From: Escherichia coli
GTDB taxonomy: Bacteria; Pseudomonadota; Gammaproteobacteria; Enterobacterales; Enterobacteriaceae
Assembly (NCBI RefSeq): GCF_041003625.1
Contig: NZ_CP162987.1
Reading direction: 5' to 3' (one strand)
Length of the DNA: 32,000 bases
In this document: piece after piece, positions 14,667 through 26,463 of the stretch
Layout: the number at the start of each line of letters is the position of its first letter
Numbering within the stretch: position 1 is the first letter of the stretch
Program-made: the position numbers and the translations under genes
Notes under the pieces: model-generated
Told to the model about the DNA's origin: nothing
Database searches by the model: none
The model's input: the letters and a program-made list of their open reading frames with translations, nothing else

Positions 14667-15881
14667 TCATGCGTGTTTTTCAAACACCATATGCACCACA
14701 TTTCCGCCATGCTCGAGAGAATCCATATAGTCGGCATACCATTGAAGCATCTCCCGCCTTCCATCCAGATATTGCGCATGGTTGTATGTGCCACGAATTG
14801 AGTTCTTATCAACGTGAGCGAGCTGCGTTTCTATCCACGCGGTGTTATAGCCCTGCTCATGCAAAATCGTACTCATAGTGTGCCGGAACCCATGACCAGT
14901 TACACGTCCAGCGTAGCCAATGCGCTTAAACACTTGGTTTATGCTGGCCTCACTCATTGTTTTCCTTGGATCATTGCGCCCGGGAAACATAAGAGGGTAA
15001 TTGCCTGTTATTTCTCTAATCTTCCCAATAAGCGAAAGAGCCTGCTCAGACAATGGCACAATATGAGGCCGCCGCATTTTCATACGTGAAGCGGGTATCT
15101 CCCAGAGAGCCTTGTTGAAATCAATTTCATCCCATAATGCGCCACGTAGTTCGCCAGTCCGCAAGCCTGTGATAATCAGTAGACGAGCCGCCATAACAAC
15201 CAATGCGCTTCCTGAGTAACTGGACAATGCCTTGAAAAAATCAGGTAATTCTTTGGCTGTAAGGAAAGGGTAATGATTAGATTCATGGCCTTGCATCGCG
15301 CTAGTAAGGTCTGGTGCAGGGTTATACTCTGCGCGACCAGTGACTATTGCATAGCGGAAAACTTCCCCGCACCGCTGCCTCACTTTTTTGGCTTTTTCTG
15401 TAGCACCGCGCCCCTCAATGCGCCGCAGCACATTCAGAAGTTCAAGTGGTTTGATTTCGGCGATTGGTTTTTTGCCAATGTAAGGGAACACATCTTTGTT
15501 GAAGGCTTCGAGGATGTCTGAAGCATAACCAGCAGACCATTTTTTTAATTTGCTGCTGTGCCACTCAAGGGCAATATCTTTGAAGGTGTTGTTTAACTGC
15601 GTTTCCCGGGCAATCTTTTCCTCTCGTTTCGCTTCCATCGGATCGATACCACCAGCGATACCTCTTTTCGCATCTTCACGTTTTGCCCGAGCATCGGCTA
15701 GAGTAACCTCAGGATACACACCTAGTGCCAATAGCTTCTCTTTACCAGCTACACGATATTTAAGTCGCCAGTATTTACCTCCATTAGGTTTTACCAAGAG
15801 ATACAAACCGCCACCATCGGCCAGCTTGTAAGCCTTCTCTTTTGGCTTGGCTGTGTCTATTTGACGGGCATTGAGTTTCAC
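14667..15881 (-). CDS. P4-type tyrosine integrase
   Basis: 404 aa; N-terminal 'LNARQIDTAKPKEKAYKLADGGGLYLLVKPNGGKYW', catalytic 'TGLRTGELRGALWDEID', 'GHGFRHTMSTILHEQGYN', 'HVDKNSIRGTYNHA'. Confidence 0.97.
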   Translation of the reverse strand: MKLNARQIDTAKPKEKAYKLADGGGLYLLVKPNGGKYWRLKYRVAGKEKLLALGVYPEVTLADARAKREDAKRGIAGGIDPMEAKREEKIARETQLNNTFKDIALEWHSSKLKKWSAGYASDILEAFNKDVFPYIGKKPIAEIKPLELLNVLRRIEGRGATEKAKKVRQRCGEVFRYAIVTGRAEYNPAPDLTSAMQGHESNHYPFLTAKELPDFFKALSSYSGSALVVMAARLLIITGLRTGELRGALWDEIDFNKALWEIPASRMKMRRPHIVPLSEQALSLIGKIREITGNYPLMFPGRNDPRKTMSEASINQVFKRIGYAGRVTGHGFRHTMSTILHEQGYNTAWIETQLAHVDKNSIRGTYNHAQYLDGRREMLQWYADYMDSLEHGGNVVHMVFEKHA

Positions 15882-15953
15882 TTGGGGGTACCTCCACTAA
15901 ACCGAACAGCAAATACCCCCATAAGTACCCCCATCTGACCGTAGATTTTGAGG

Positions 15954-16029
15954 GACTTTAGTAGACGTCAAAAGACGAACGGGGCTTTAATACGCGGATT
16001 ATAAGGGGTTTTGAAAGACTTTAGTAGAC
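15954..16029. repeat. Direct repeat GACTTTAGTAGAC, candidate integrase/excisionase arm-type sites
   Basis: Exact 13-mer at 15954-15966 and 16017-16029, between int and the thrW att region. Confidence 0.5.
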
Positions 16030-16046
16030 TTGGGGAGATGTTTGAA

Positions 16047-16122
16047 TGGTGCCGATAATAGGAGTCGAACCTACGACCTTCGCATTACGAATGCGCTGCT
16101 CTACCAACTGAGCTATATCGGC
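16047..16122 (-). tRNA. thrW: tRNA-Thr(CGU), integration target
   Basis: Minus strand GCCGATATAGCTCAGTTGGTAGAGCAGCGCATTCGTAATGCGAAGGTCGTAGGTTCGACTCCTATTATCGGCACCA; 76 nt, anticodon CGT. Confidence 0.97.
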
Positions 16123-16236
16123 CCTGAAAGGACATGTTCACGAACGTGAATCACGGTGGACAAGGTTAAAACTAACCGGGCGATGCGTCAATGGCCTTGT
16201 GAATCAAATGGCTACTTTTGCATCACCCGGTTTTAT

Positions 16237-17490
16237 TTACGCACGAATGGTGTAATCACCAATGCCGATCCACTTGTAAGTGGTCAGTGCTTCCAGCCCC
16301 ATTGGGCCACGCGCGTGGAGTTTTTGTGTGCTTACCGCCACTTCCGCACCCAGACCAAACTGGCCGCCGTCGGTAAAACGCGTAGAGGCGTTAACGTAAA
16401 CAGCGGACGAATCCACTTCGTTAACAAAACGCTGGGCGTTGCGCATATCGCGGGTCAGGATCGCATCGGAGTGTTGTGTGCCGTGTTCACGAATATGGGC
16501 GATGGCATCGTCAAGATCGCTGACGATTTTGACGTTCAAATCTAATGACAGAAACTCATCGTCATACTCTTCGGCTTTAACAGCAACCACCTTCGCAGGG
16601 CCTGCCTGCAACTGCGCCAGTGCAGCTGCATCTGCGTGTAATGTCACGCCGCTTTCCGCCATTTGTTTGCTTAATGCGGGCAGGAAGCTATCGGCGATGT
16701 TTTTATTCACCAGCAACGTTTCAACCGTATTACATGTGCTCGGACGCTGAGTTTTCGCGTTGACGATCACTTTTAATGCTTCAGCGATCTCTACACTTTC
16801 ATCAACGTAAATATGGCATACGCCTATACCACCTGTGATCACCGGGATTGTCGACTGTTCACGGCACAGTTTATGCAAACCAGCGCCACCACGCGGGATC
16901 AGCATGTCGATGTATTTATCCATACGCAGCATTTCACTGACCAGCGCACGGTCAGGATTATCAATCGCCTGCACGGCACCCGCCGGTAAGCCACAGGATT
17001 TCAGGGCGTCCTGAATCACCGCCACCGTTGCCGCGTTAGTGCGACAGGTTTCTTTGCCACCACGCAGGATCACCGCATTACCGGTTTTCAGGCACAGCGA
17101 AGCGACATCAACCGTCACGTTCGGGCGCGCTTCATAAATCACGCCAATCACCCCCAGCGGCACGCGACGACGCTCAAGACGCAGGCCGCTGTCCAGTACG
17201 CTGCCATCGATTACCTGCCCCACCGGATCGGCGAGGTTACACACCTGGCGCACATCATCGGCAATGCCTTTCAGCCGTGCGGGCGTCAGTGCCAGACGGT
17301 CAAGCATCGCTTCGCCAAGGCCATTGGCACGCGCGTCAGCAACATCCTGGGCGTTAGCGTTGAGGATGATTTCGCTTTGTGCTTCCAGTTCATCGGCGAT
17401 TTTTTCCAGCACGCGATTTTTTTCGCGGCTGGAGAGTTGCGCTAATTTATACGAGGCTTGCTTCGCGGCAATGCCCATTTGTTCCAGCAT
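16237..17490 (-). CDS. proA: Gamma-glutamyl phosphate reductase
   Basis: 417 aa '[36 protein letters not shown]…', adjacent to proB. Confidence 0.98.
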   Translation of the reverse strand: MLEQMGIAAKQASYKLAQLSSREKNRVLEKIADELEAQSEIILNANAQDVADARANGLGEAMLDRLALTPARLKGIADDVRQVCNLADPVGQVIDGSVLDSGLRLERRRVPLGVIGVIYEARPNVTVDVASLCLKTGNAVILRGGKETCRTNAATVAVIQDALKSCGLPAGAVQAIDNPDRALVSEMLRMDKYIDMLIPRGGAGLHKLCREQSTIPVITGGIGVCHIYVDESVEIAEALKVIVNAKTQRPSTCNTVETLLVNKNIADSFLPALSKQMAESGVTLHADAAALAQLQAGPAKVVAVKAEEYDDEFLSLDLNVKIVSDLDDAIAHIREHGTQHSDAILTRDMRNAQRFVNEVDSSAVYVNASTRFTDGGQFGLGAEVAVSTQKLHARGPMGLEALTTYKWIGIGDYTIRA

Positions 17491-17501
17491 CAGCCTGCTC
17501 C

Positions 17502-18605
17502 TTAACGGGTAATCATGTCATCACGGTGAACGGCAACCGGGCCGTATTCATATCCCAGTATTGCATCAATTTCTTGCGAGTGGTGCCCGGCAATACGGCG
17601 TAATGCATCGCTGTTGTAACGACTGACGCCGTGGGCGATATCGCGACCTTCGAGGTTGCAAATGCGGATGACTTCACCACGCGAGAAATTGCCAGTCACG
17701 CTTTTAATGCCTTTCGGCAACAGGGAGCTGCCGCGTTCAAGAATGGCGGCAGTTGCCCCTTCATCTACCGTGATTTCACCCGCCGGCGGCGCACCGAAAA
17801 TCCAGCGTTTACGGTTTTCAAGCGGAGTCGCCTGGGCATGGAACAGCGTACCGACGGAAATGCCTTCCATCACATCACCAATAACGCCCGGCTTGCTGCC
17901 CGCGGCAATAATGGTGTCGATACCCGCACGGCAAGCCACGTCAGCGGCCTGCAATTTGGTACTCATGCCGCCAGTTCCGAGGCCTGAAACGCTGTCACCG
18001 GCAATCGCGCGCAGTGCGTCATCAATGCCGTAAACATCTTTAATCAGTTCTGCCTGCGGATTGCTGCGCGGATCAGCGGTATACAAACCTTTTTGATCGG
18101 TCAGCAGCAACAGTTTATCGGCACCCGCCAGAATCGCCGCCAGCGCAGAAAGGTTATCGTTATCGCCGACCTTAATCTCTGCCGTAGCGACAGCATCGTT
18201 CTCATTGATTACCGGAACGATATTGTTATCGAGCAACGCACGCAGGGTGTCGCGGGCGTTCAGGAAGCGTTCACGGTCTTCCATATCAGCACGGGTCAGC
18301 AGCATCTGCCCGACGTGAATGCCATAAATCGAAAACAGCTGTTCCCACAGTTGAATCAGTCGACTCTGCCCTACCGCCGCCAGCAGTTGTTTCGAGGCGA
18401 TAGTCGCTGGCAGTTCCGGGTACCCCAGGTGCTCACGTCCGGCGGCGATCGCGCCCGACGTCACAATAACAATCCGATGCCCGGCGGCATGTAACTGCGC
18501 GCACTGGCGAACAAGTTCAACGATATGGGCACGGTTCAGACGGCGCGATCCGCCTGTTAGCACACTGGTGCCGAGTTTTACCACCAGCGTCTGGCTGTCA
18601 CTCAT
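17502..18605 (-). CDS. proB: Glutamate 5-kinase
   Basis: '[39 protein letters not shown]…' starting at 18605; 367 aa. Confidence 0.98.
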
Positions 18606-18793
18606 GATTCTCTGCCATTCAATTTTAGGAAAAATGATATCAAACGAACGTTTTAGCAGGACTGTCGTCGGTTGCCAACCATCTGCAAGCAAAGCATGGC
18701 GTTTTGTTGCGCGGGATCAGCAAGCCTAGCGGCAGTTGTTTACGCTTTTATTACAGATTTAATAAATTACCACATTTTAAGAATATTATTAAT

Positions 18794-18817
18794 CTGTAAT
18801 ATATCTTTAACAATCTC
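18794..18817 (+). promoter_or_regulatory. Pho box upstream of phoE
   Basis: CTGTAATATATCTTTAACAATCTC, CTGTNAT-like half sites. Confidence 0.75.
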
Positions 18818-18892
18818 AGGTTAAAAACTTTCCTGTTTTCAACGGGGCTCTCCCGCTGAATATTCGCGCGTTAATTAAAATCAGGAATGAAA

Positions 18893-19948
18893 ATGAAAAA
18901 GAGCACTCTGGCATTAGTGGTGATGGGCATTGTGGCATCTGCATCCGTACAGGCCGCAGAAATATATAACAAAGACGGTAATAAACTGGATGTCTATGGC
19001 AAAGTTAAAGCCATGCATTATATGAGTGATAACGACAGTAAAGATGGCGACCAGAGTTATATCCGTTTTGGTTTTAAAGGCGAAACACAAATTAACGATC
19101 AACTGACTGGCTATGGCCGTTGGGAAGCGGAGTTTGCCGGAAATAAAGCGGAGAGTGATACTGCACAGCAAAAAACGCGTCTCGCTTTTGCCGGATTGAA
19201 GTATAAAGATTTGGGTTCTTTCGACTATGGCCGTAACCTGGGCGCGTTGTATGACGTGGAAGCCTGGACCGATATGTTCCCGGAATTTGGTGGCGACTCC
19301 TCGGCGCAGACCGACAACTTTATGACCAAACGCGCCAGCGGTCTGGCGACGTATCGGAACACCGACTTCTTCGGCGTTATCGATGGCCTGAACTTAACCC
19401 TGCAATATCAAGGGAAAAACGAAAACCGCGACGTTAAAAAGCAAAACGGCGATGGCTTCGGCACGTCATTGACATATGACTTTGGCGGCAGCGATTTCGC
19501 CATTAGTGGGGCCTATACCAACTCAGATCGCACCAACGAGCAGAACCTGCAAAGCCGTGGCACAGGCAAGCGTGCAGAAGCATGGGCTACAGGTCTGAAA
19601 TACGATGCCAATAATATTTATCTGGCAACTTTTTATTCTGAAACACGCAAAATGACGCCAATAACTGGCGGCTTTGCCAATAAGACACAGAACTTTGAAG
19701 CGGTCGCTCAATACCAGTTTGACTTTGGTCTGCGTCCATCGCTGGGTTATGTCTTATCGAAAGGGAAAGATATTGAAGGTATCGGTGATGAAGATCTGGT
19801 CAATTATATCGATGTCGGGGCTACATATTATTTCAACAAAAATATGTCAGCGTTTGTTGATTATAAAATCAACCAACTGGATAGCGATAACAAATTGAAT
19901 ATTAATAATGATGATATTGTCGCGGTTGGCATGACCTATCAGTTTTAA
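18893..19948 (+). CDS. phoE: Outer membrane phosphoporin PhoE
   Basis: '[46 protein letters not shown]…VAVGMTYQF', 351 aa. Confidence 0.98.
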   Translation: MKKSTLALVVMGIVASASVQAAEIYNKDGNKLDVYGKVKAMHYMSDNDSKDGDQSYIRFGFKGETQINDQLTGYGRWEAEFAGNKAESDTAQQKTRLAFAGLKYKDLGSFDYGRNLGALYDVEAWTDMFPEFGGDSSAQTDNFMTKRASGLATYRNTDFFGVIDGLNLTLQYQGKNENRDVKKQNGDGFGTSLTYDFGGSDFAISGAYTNSDRTNEQNLQSRGTGKRAEAWATGLKYDANNIYLATFYSETRKMTPITGGFANKTQNFEAVAQYQFDFGLRPSLGYVLSKGKDIEGIGDEDLVNYIDVGATYYFNKNMSAFVDYKINQLDSDNKLNINNDDIVAVGMTYQF

Positions 19949-19956
19949 TGATTATT

Positions 19957-19977
19957 GCCGGATGTGATGCATCCGGC
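19957..19977. repeat. REP-like palindrome after phoE
   Basis: GCCGGATG-TGATG-CATCCGGC. Confidence 0.75.
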
Positions 19978-19986
19978 ACATTTCAC

Positions 19987-20445
<459 letters not shown>

Positions 20446-21690
20446 TTAACACAAGCGTTTTTCGATCCAGCCGGTGATTTCCTGAAGACCTTTGTCAAAA
20501 TTCCGATACACCGGGTTAAATGGGATCTCTAATAATTTACCGTCAGCAGATGATGAGGTGATTAAGCGTGAGTCCTCTTCCGGGCTGAACGGATCGTTCT
20601 TCCAGTAGCCTGATAACATTGGCGTTGGGCAGCGACGTCCCAGCAATCCTTGCACTTTTAATGAATAGCGATTCAGCTCCACGCGCAACGCGTCATCGGA
20701 AGCATCATGCATCCCCAAACGACTCGCCAGAACGTCAAGATACATTTCCGGCACCTGTTGCTGGCACTTAAAATCACTCAACAGGGTATGAACTACCGGA
20801 CCAAGACAGGCAACCGCTTTCAGACGCGGCGATTCAAGGTATGCCAGACGCACGGCAACGTTAGCGCCGAAACGGAAACCAAAGGCCGCGACGCGAGTGT
20901 GATCCACCCACGGTACGTTAGGCAGCGCCTTTAAGACGTGCTGATGCAACAGGCTGGAGTCCTGGGTGAGCTTCCATTTTGAAGAAAAGCCCACCGACGG
21001 CATATCAATAGTCAGCATCGCAATGCCGCGCGGCGCAAAATAACGTTCATACAGGCTGTAATAGTCCGTCTGCATCGCATCCAGACCACCACACATTAAT
21101 ACTGTCGGGAACGGGCCATCGCCTTTCGGCATATGCAAAAAGCCGGTGATGGGCGCACCGCCGGGTACGGTAAACTCCATCTGCCGCATCGTGCCCGGCA
21201 GACGCTGGGCGGCCTCTTCATAGGCGCGGTTTGATAAAGCCTGCGCTTGCTCGGCCAGGTCATCTCCTTTCAGATGAGGATAGGCGGCAATGTTGTACAA
21301 CGTAGCCGCATGCAGCCAGTGTCGACCACTGAGTTGCGGATCTTCTTCCGCACAGGCTTTTTGTTGCCACACCATCGCCTGGGTGGCCCACTCATAAATC
21401 CAGTTGCCACCACGGTAGCCAATCACGGTATCGTATAAATCATCATCGGTACGTTCAGCATCGCTCATCACAATACGTGCCTGGACGTCGAGGATTTCAC
21501 GTGGGTCAATGCCGCGCCAGATCCACATCAGACGGTTAATCATGCGATACCAGTGAGGGATGGTTTTACCATCAAGAGCCGACTGCACAGGCGGTTGTGC
21601 GCCGTGATTAAAGCGGCGGACTAGCGTCGAGGTTTCAGGATGTTTAAAGCGGGGTTTGAACAGGGTTTCGCTCAGGTTTGCCTGTGTCAT
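20446..21690 (-). CDS. frsA: Esterase/fermentation-respiration switch protein FrsA
   Basis: 414 aa, '[30 protein letters not shown]…', between crl and gpt. Confidence 0.95.
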   Translation of the reverse strand: MTQANLSETLFKPRFKHPETSTLVRRFNHGAQPPVQSALDGKTIPHWYRMINRLMWIWRGIDPREILDVQARIVMSDAERTDDDLYDTVIGYRGGNWIYEWATQAMVWQQKACAEEDPQLSGRHWLHAATLYNIAAYPHLKGDDLAEQAQALSNRAYEEAAQRLPGTMRQMEFTVPGGAPITGFLHMPKGDGPFPTVLMCGGLDAMQTDYYSLYERYFAPRGIAMLTIDMPSVGFSSKWKLTQDSSLLHQHVLKALPNVPWVDHTRVAAFGFRFGANVAVRLAYLESPRLKAVACLGPVVHTLLSDFKCQQQVPEMYLDVLASRLGMHDASDDALRVELNRYSLKVQGLLGRRCPTPMLSGYWKNDPFSPEEDSRLITSSSADGKLLEIPFNPVYRNFDKGLQEITGWIEKRLC

Positions 21691-21781
21691 GGATGCAGCC
21701 TCCAGAATACTTACTGGAAACTATTGTAACCCGCCTGAAGTTAAAAAGAACAACGCCCGGCAGTGCCAGGCGTTGAAAAGA

Positions 21782-22240
21782 TTAGCGACCGGAGATTGGC
21801 GGGACGAATACGACGCCCATATCCCACGGCTGTTCGATCCAGGTATCTTGCGGGATATCAACAACATAGTCATCAACCAGCGGACGACCAGCCGGTTTTG
21901 CGAAGATAGTCACAAAATGTGCTTTTGGATACATTTCACGAATCGCAACCGCAGTACCACCGGTATCCACCAGGTCATCAATAACGATGAAGCCTTCGCC
22001 ATCGCCTTCTGCGCGTTTTAGCACTTTAAGCTCGCGCTGGTTGTCGTGATCGTAGCTGGAAATACAAACGGTATCGACATGACGAATACCCAGTTCACGC
22101 GCCAGTAACGCACCCGGTACCAGACCGCCACGGCTTACGGCAATAATGCCTTTCCATTGTTCAGAAGGCATCAGTCGGCTTGCGAGTTTACGTGCATGGA
22201 TCTGCAACATGTCCCAGGTGACGATGTATTTTTCGCTCAT
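21782..22240 (-). CDS. gpt: Xanthine-guanine phosphoribosyltransferase
   Basis: 152 aa '[50 protein letters not shown]…'. Confidence 0.98.
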
Positions 22241-22500
22241 GTGAAGTGTCCCAGCCTGTTTATCTACGGCTTAAAAAGTGTTCGAGGGGAAAATAGGTTG
22301 CGCGAGATTATAGAGATCTGGCGCACTAAAAACCAGTATTTCACATGAGTCCGCGTCTTTTTACGCACTGCCTCTCCCTGACGCGGGATAAAGTGGTATT
22401 CTCAAACATATCTCGCAAGCCTGTCTTGTGTTGACAACATTTTCTGCTAACCCTGTGACCTGCAATACTGTTTTGCGGGTGATCGACAAGGAGACTTAAC

Positions 22501-23958
22501 GTGTCTGAACTGTCTCAATTATCTCCACAGCCGCTGTGGGATATTTTTGCCAAAATCTGTTCTATTCCTCACCCGTCCTATCATGAAGAGCAACTCGCTG
22601 AATACATTGTTGGTTGGGCAAAAGAGAAAGGTTTCCATGTCGAACGCGATCAGGTAGGTAATATCCTGATTCGTAAACCTGCTACCGCAGGTATGGAAAA
22701 TCGTAAACCGGTCGTCTTACAGGCCCACCTCGATATGGTGCCGCAGAAAAATAACGACACCGTGCATGACTTCACGAAAGATCCTATCCAGCCTTATATT
22801 GATGGCGAATGGGTTAAAGCGCGCGGCACCACGCTGGGTGCGGATAACGGCATTGGTATGGCCTCTGCACTGGCAGTTCTGGCTGACGAAAACGTGGTTC
22901 ACGGCCCGCTGGAAGTGCTGCTGACCATGACCGAAGAAGCCGGTATGGACGGTGCGTTCGGCTTACAGAGCAACTGGTTGCAGGCTGATATTCTGATTAA
23001 CACCGACTCCGAAGAAGAAGGTGAAATCTACATGGGTTGTGCGGGGGGTATCGACTTCACCTCCAACCTGCATTTAGATCGTGAAGCGGTTCCAGCTGGT
23101 TTTGAAACCTTCAAGTTAACCTTAAAAGGTCTGAAAGGGGGTCACTCCGGCGGGGAAATCCACGTTGGCCTGGGTAATGCCAACAAACTGCTGGTGCGCT
23201 TCCTGGCGGGTCATGCAGAAGAACTGGATCTGCGCCTTATCGATTTCAACGGCGGCACACTGCGTAACGCCATCCCGCGTGAAGCCTTTGCGACCATTGC
23301 TGTCGCAGCTGATAAAGTCGACGTCCTGAAATCTCTGGTGAATACCTATCAGGAGATCCTGAAAAACGAGCTGGCAGAGAAAGAGAAAAATCTGGCCTTG
23401 TTGCTGGACTCTGTAGCGAACGATAAAGCTGCCCTGATTGCGAAATCTCGCGATACCTTTATTCGTCTGCTGAACGCCACCCCGAACGGTGTGATCCGCA
23501 ACTCAGACGTGGCAAAAGGTGTGGTCGAAACCTCCCTGAACGTCGGTGTGGTGACCATGACTGATAATAACGTAGAAATTCACTGTCTGATCCGTTCACT
23601 GATCGACAGCGGTAAAGACTACGTCGTGAGCATGCTGGATTCGCTGGGTAAACTGGCTGGCGCGAAAACCGAAGCGAAAGGCGCATATCCTGGCTGGCAG
23701 CCGGACGCTAATTCTCCGGTGATGCATCTGGTACGTGAAACCTATCAGCGTCTGTTCAACAAAACGCCGAACATCCAGATTATCCACGCGGGCCTGGAAT
23801 GTGGTCTGTTCAAAAAACCGTATCCGGAAATGGACATGGTTTCTATCGGGCCAACTATCACCGGTCCACACTCTCCGGATGAGCAAGTTCACATCGAAAG
23901 CGTAGGTCATTACTGGACACTGCTGACTGAACTGCTGAAAGAAATTCCGGCGAAGTAA
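22501..23958 (+). CDS. pepD: Aminoacyl-histidine dipeptidase (peptidase D)
   Basis: 485 aa 'MSELSQLSPQPLWDIFAKICSIPHPSYHEEQLAEYIVGWAKEKG…'; GTG start. Confidence 0.98.
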   Translation: MSELSQLSPQPLWDIFAKICSIPHPSYHEEQLAEYIVGWAKEKGFHVERDQVGNILIRKPATAGMENRKPVVLQAHLDMVPQKNNDTVHDFTKDPIQPYIDGEWVKARGTTLGADNGIGMASALAVLADENVVHGPLEVLLTMTEEAGMDGAFGLQSNWLQADILINTDSEEEGEIYMGCAGGIDFTSNLHLDREAVPAGFETFKLTLKGLKGGHSGGEIHVGLGNANKLLVRFLAGHAEELDLRLIDFNGGTLRNAIPREAFATIAVAADKVDVLKSLVNTYQEILKNELAEKEKNLALLLDSVANDKAALIAKSRDTFIRLLNATPNGVIRNSDVAKGVVETSLNVGVVTMTDNNVEIHCLIRSLIDSGKDYVVSMLDSLGKLAGAKTEAKGAYPGWQPDANSPVMHLVRETYQRLFNKTPNIQIIHAGLECGLFKKPYPEMDMVSIGPTITGPHSPDEQVHIESVGHYWTLLTELLKEIPAK

Positions 23959-23970
23959 TTATTTGATTTG

Positions 23971-24002
23971 CTGCCGGATGGCGTTTAATCGCCTTCCGGC
24001 AG
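23971..24002. repeat. REP element between pepD and prfH
   Basis: CTGCCGGATGGCGTTTAATCGCCTTCCGGCAG. Confidence 0.8.
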
Positions 24003-24014
24003 TTTCATCCTTCA

Positions 24015-24629
24015 TTATCCTTCGATAAAAGCCATCCCTGTAAATGTCCGTCTCGGGTTGCCACGTTCAATCTGGTGATGGAACATTCGCCGCTGCGATT
24101 TCAGCACCGCGCTATTTTCCTGTTGCTGCTGCTCCAGCTTCCAGGCAATCAGCAATCGTGCCAGCCGCTTGTTAGCATGCTGACTACGCTCTGACTGAAC
24201 CTTCACGCTAATACCGGATGCCAAATGCGTGGCGCGTACCGCCGAGTCGGTTTTATTGACATGTTGACCGCCCGGCCCCGACGAACGCAACGTCTCATAA
24301 CGGATTGCATCCGATTGTTCCTGCTCATCAGCGGTAAAACGCCCAATGCCCAGAAACCAGTTTTTGCGCCCATGATGAGGCCGATACGGACTCGGACAAA
24401 TCCACTGAATAGTGCCACACCAGCTTTCGCTTAATGCCCATGCGTTATCGCCATCCAGAGAAATCAGCGCCGAACGCAGCGTGTCAGAGTAGCGGCCCGT
24501 TTCTGTTTCCAACACCGTTACCGCGACGTCTTGTCGGGCAGCTTCTTTAATTAGCCTGTCCAGCGCCTTTTTCACTGCGAGACAACATTCTTCCGGCCCC
24601 TGCGCTGAGGAGAGTTGTAGCAAGATCAT
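24015..24629 (-). CDS. prfH: Peptide chain release factor homolog PrfH (full-length)
   Basis: 204 aa from [16 protein letters not shown]; GGQ motif in '[20 protein letters not shown]'. Confidence 0.93.
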   Translation of the reverse strand: MILLQLSSAQGPEECCLAVKKALDRLIKEAARQDVAVTVLETETGRYSDTLRSALISLDGDNAWALSESWCGTIQWICPSPYRPHHGRKNWFLGIGRFTADEQEQSDAIRYETLRSSGPGGQHVNKTDSAVRATHLASGISVKVQSERSQHANKRLARLLIAWKLEQQQQENSAVLKSQRRMFHHQIERGNPRRTFTGMAFIEG

Positions 24630-25765
24630 CCTTTTTTCCCTCCACTGTTTTTGAGCGTTAGCACCGGACGCAGCCGCGCGACAGGAATAATTAAACCGGC
24701 CTGCACCAGACATTGCACCACGCTTTCAGCCGATTTATAGGCTTGTGGCGCTTCTTCAAAGATGAGTTGTTTATCGCGACAAATTACCCGACTGCCAAGT
24801 TCAGTCCGCGAGAGTTGCGTCACCGTGTATTTCGCTGCCAGACGCCCTTTACACTCGGTGCGCCCCCATTTACGCCCTGCCCCATGCGCCAGCGAGTGGA
24901 GCGTTTTTTCGTTCGCAACAGGCTGTACAATCCAGGAGTAATCACCACGTGAACCGGGAATAATCACCAGACCGTTGTCATCCGGCGTGGCACCTTTACG
25001 ATGCAACCAGCCCTGTTGATCGCCGATTTGACACGCGCTAACAAAGTTATGCGCCACATCCAGAACCGGACTTCCCGTGGCCTTAACTTGTTGCATTATG
25101 CGCAAAGCGATCATCTGGCGATTAATACACGCAAACGCCAGCGCATCGTCATGTTCCGCAATATACCGTAGCGCGTCGTCACTGCCTTGAGGCAAACCAT
25201 GATGCGAGAACGAGGCAATATGCCGCTGTAAAATAGACTGCCCCACCCCCCGCGAGCCGCTATGAACCAACAGTTGCAGATGTTGTGCATCCAGACCTGC
25301 CAGTGCAAACAGTTCAGCGTTGATGATTTGATCAACTTGTTGCAGTTCAGCGAAATGATTGCCGCCACCGATAGAGCCAAGCGAGCTGCGCCACGGATGC
25401 TGTGCAAATGCTGACGGCAGGTTTTCCTCCAGCCAGCTTTCTTCAGCAACGTCATCCAGATCTGATAATCGCTTTTCAAACTTATCGGCGTTGTATTTGC
25501 GAGCGAGAATATCTGTTTGCCATAGCGCCATACCGCAGCCGATATCATTGCCGACCAGTGCCGGATAAAAACGACCAACAGAGAAGAACGCTGCGCCAAT
25601 CGGATAGCCGCGTCCGGGATGTAAATCTGGCATCCCCACTACGCGCTGCATGTTGGGTAAATTTGCCGTGGTGTGTAATTGTTGGATCGCTAAACTCTCG
25701 ATCCACAGGTCATCAGATGCGATGGTAAATACCGCATCGGATAAGGGACGAATATAATTGCCCAT
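24626..25765 (-). CDS. RtcB-family RNA ligase (RtcB2, PrfH partner)
   Basis: '[16 protein letters not shown]', '[10 protein letters not shown]', '[11 protein letters not shown]', 'VHSGSRGVG', 'HGAGRKWGR'; likely start [10 protein letters not shown] at 25765; overlaps prfH. Confidence 0.93.
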   Translation of the reverse strand: MGNYIRPLSDAVFTIASDDLWIESLAIQQLHTTANLPNMQRVVGMPDLHPGRGYPIGAAFFSVGRFYPALVGNDIGCGMALWQTDILARKYNADKFEKRLSDLDDVAEESWLEENLPSAFAQHPWRSSLGSIGGGNHFAELQQVDQIINAELFALAGLDAQHLQLLVHSGSRGVGQSILQRHIASFSHHGLPQGSDDALRYIAEHDDALAFACINRQMIALRIMQQVKATGSPVLDVAHNFVSACQIGDQQGWLHRKGATPDDNGLVIIPGSRGDYSWIVQPVANEKTLHSLAHGAGRKWGRTECKGRLAAKYTVTQLSRTELGSRVICRDKQLIFEEAPQAYKSAESVVQCLVQAGLIIPVARLRPVLTLKNSGGKKG

Positions 25766-26010
25766 ATACCATTCCGTAAATAGACTCGTCATACTTCAAG
25801 TTGCATGTGTTGCGACTTGAATTATTGAGAGTAACAATTAAAAAATCAGGAAATGGCAGACGAATCCAGGGCAAGAAAAAAAGAATTAATCCTGGAAAGG
25901 TCTGCAAAGAGTCATTGATAAAGGATTTGTCATGATTTACCTCCTTGCAGTTTGTGGAATAAGAAAACGCGCACATACTAGGCTTGCGTTATTTTCATTG
26001 CAAGCTGGAT

Positions 26011-26463
26011 TTAATGTTGCTGTTTATAACGCATATAAAAATTAATAAACCACTCTCCCCGACATTCAACGCGTTGCTGCTTAACTGTCTGAAAACCATA
26101 ACGTTCAAAAAAGGGTTTTGCGGTTATGCTTGCGTCCACCGTAAGTTCGGATTCAGACTTAATCAAAGGTTTTAACAAAGCGCTGGCAACCCCACGGCGG
26201 GTGTATTCAGGGTCAACAAATAACATATCGATATAGTGTTCAACGCAGGTAATAAAGCCGACCAGTTTTGCATTAATGACTGCAACCCGCACTTGTGATT
26301 TCGCGAGTTTCTCCTTCCAGCGAGATTCGTCAATCTGCGCCCAGGCGGCAATTTGTTGTGGTGAATAATGCTGACTGGCAGTCATCGTAACCGCTCTAAT
26401 GAAAATAGCGCATAGTTGCTGAAAATCGCCAGGCTGATAGTCTCTTATTTGTATGTTATTCAT
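26011..26463 (-). CDS. yafP: GNAT family N-acetyltransferase YafP
   Basis: 150 aa '[43 protein letters not shown]…'. Confidence 0.93.
   Translation of the reverse strand: MNNIQIRDYQPGDFQQLCAIFIRAVTMTASQHYSPQQIAAWAQIDESRWKEKLAKSQVRVAVINAKLVGFITCVEHYIDMLFVDPEYTRRGVASALLKPLIKSESELTVDASITAKPFFERYGFQTVKQQRVECRGEWFINFYMRYKQQH

Larger units (their letters stand above)
1..16046. mobile_element. P4-like/lambdoid-associated satellite or mosaic prophage integrated at thrW (left boundary outside window)
   Basis: P4-type integrase adjacent to the 3' end of tRNA-Thr, AlpA, antirepressor, Ash/Icd-like, alpha-type primase, iterons, P22-type ejection-like proteins and an Abi gene. No second copy of the thrW 3' end was seen inside 1-16046, so the left att is probably outside the window. 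Confidence 0.8.

Noticed and set aside
14615-14878. Short ORFs overlapping the 3' end of int
   Set aside because: Antisense or alternative frames of the integrase coding sequence, no domain resemblance.
25713-25976. 87-aa minus ORF upstream of the RtcB-like gene
   Set aside because: Overlaps the RtcB start region and lacks any recognised domain.
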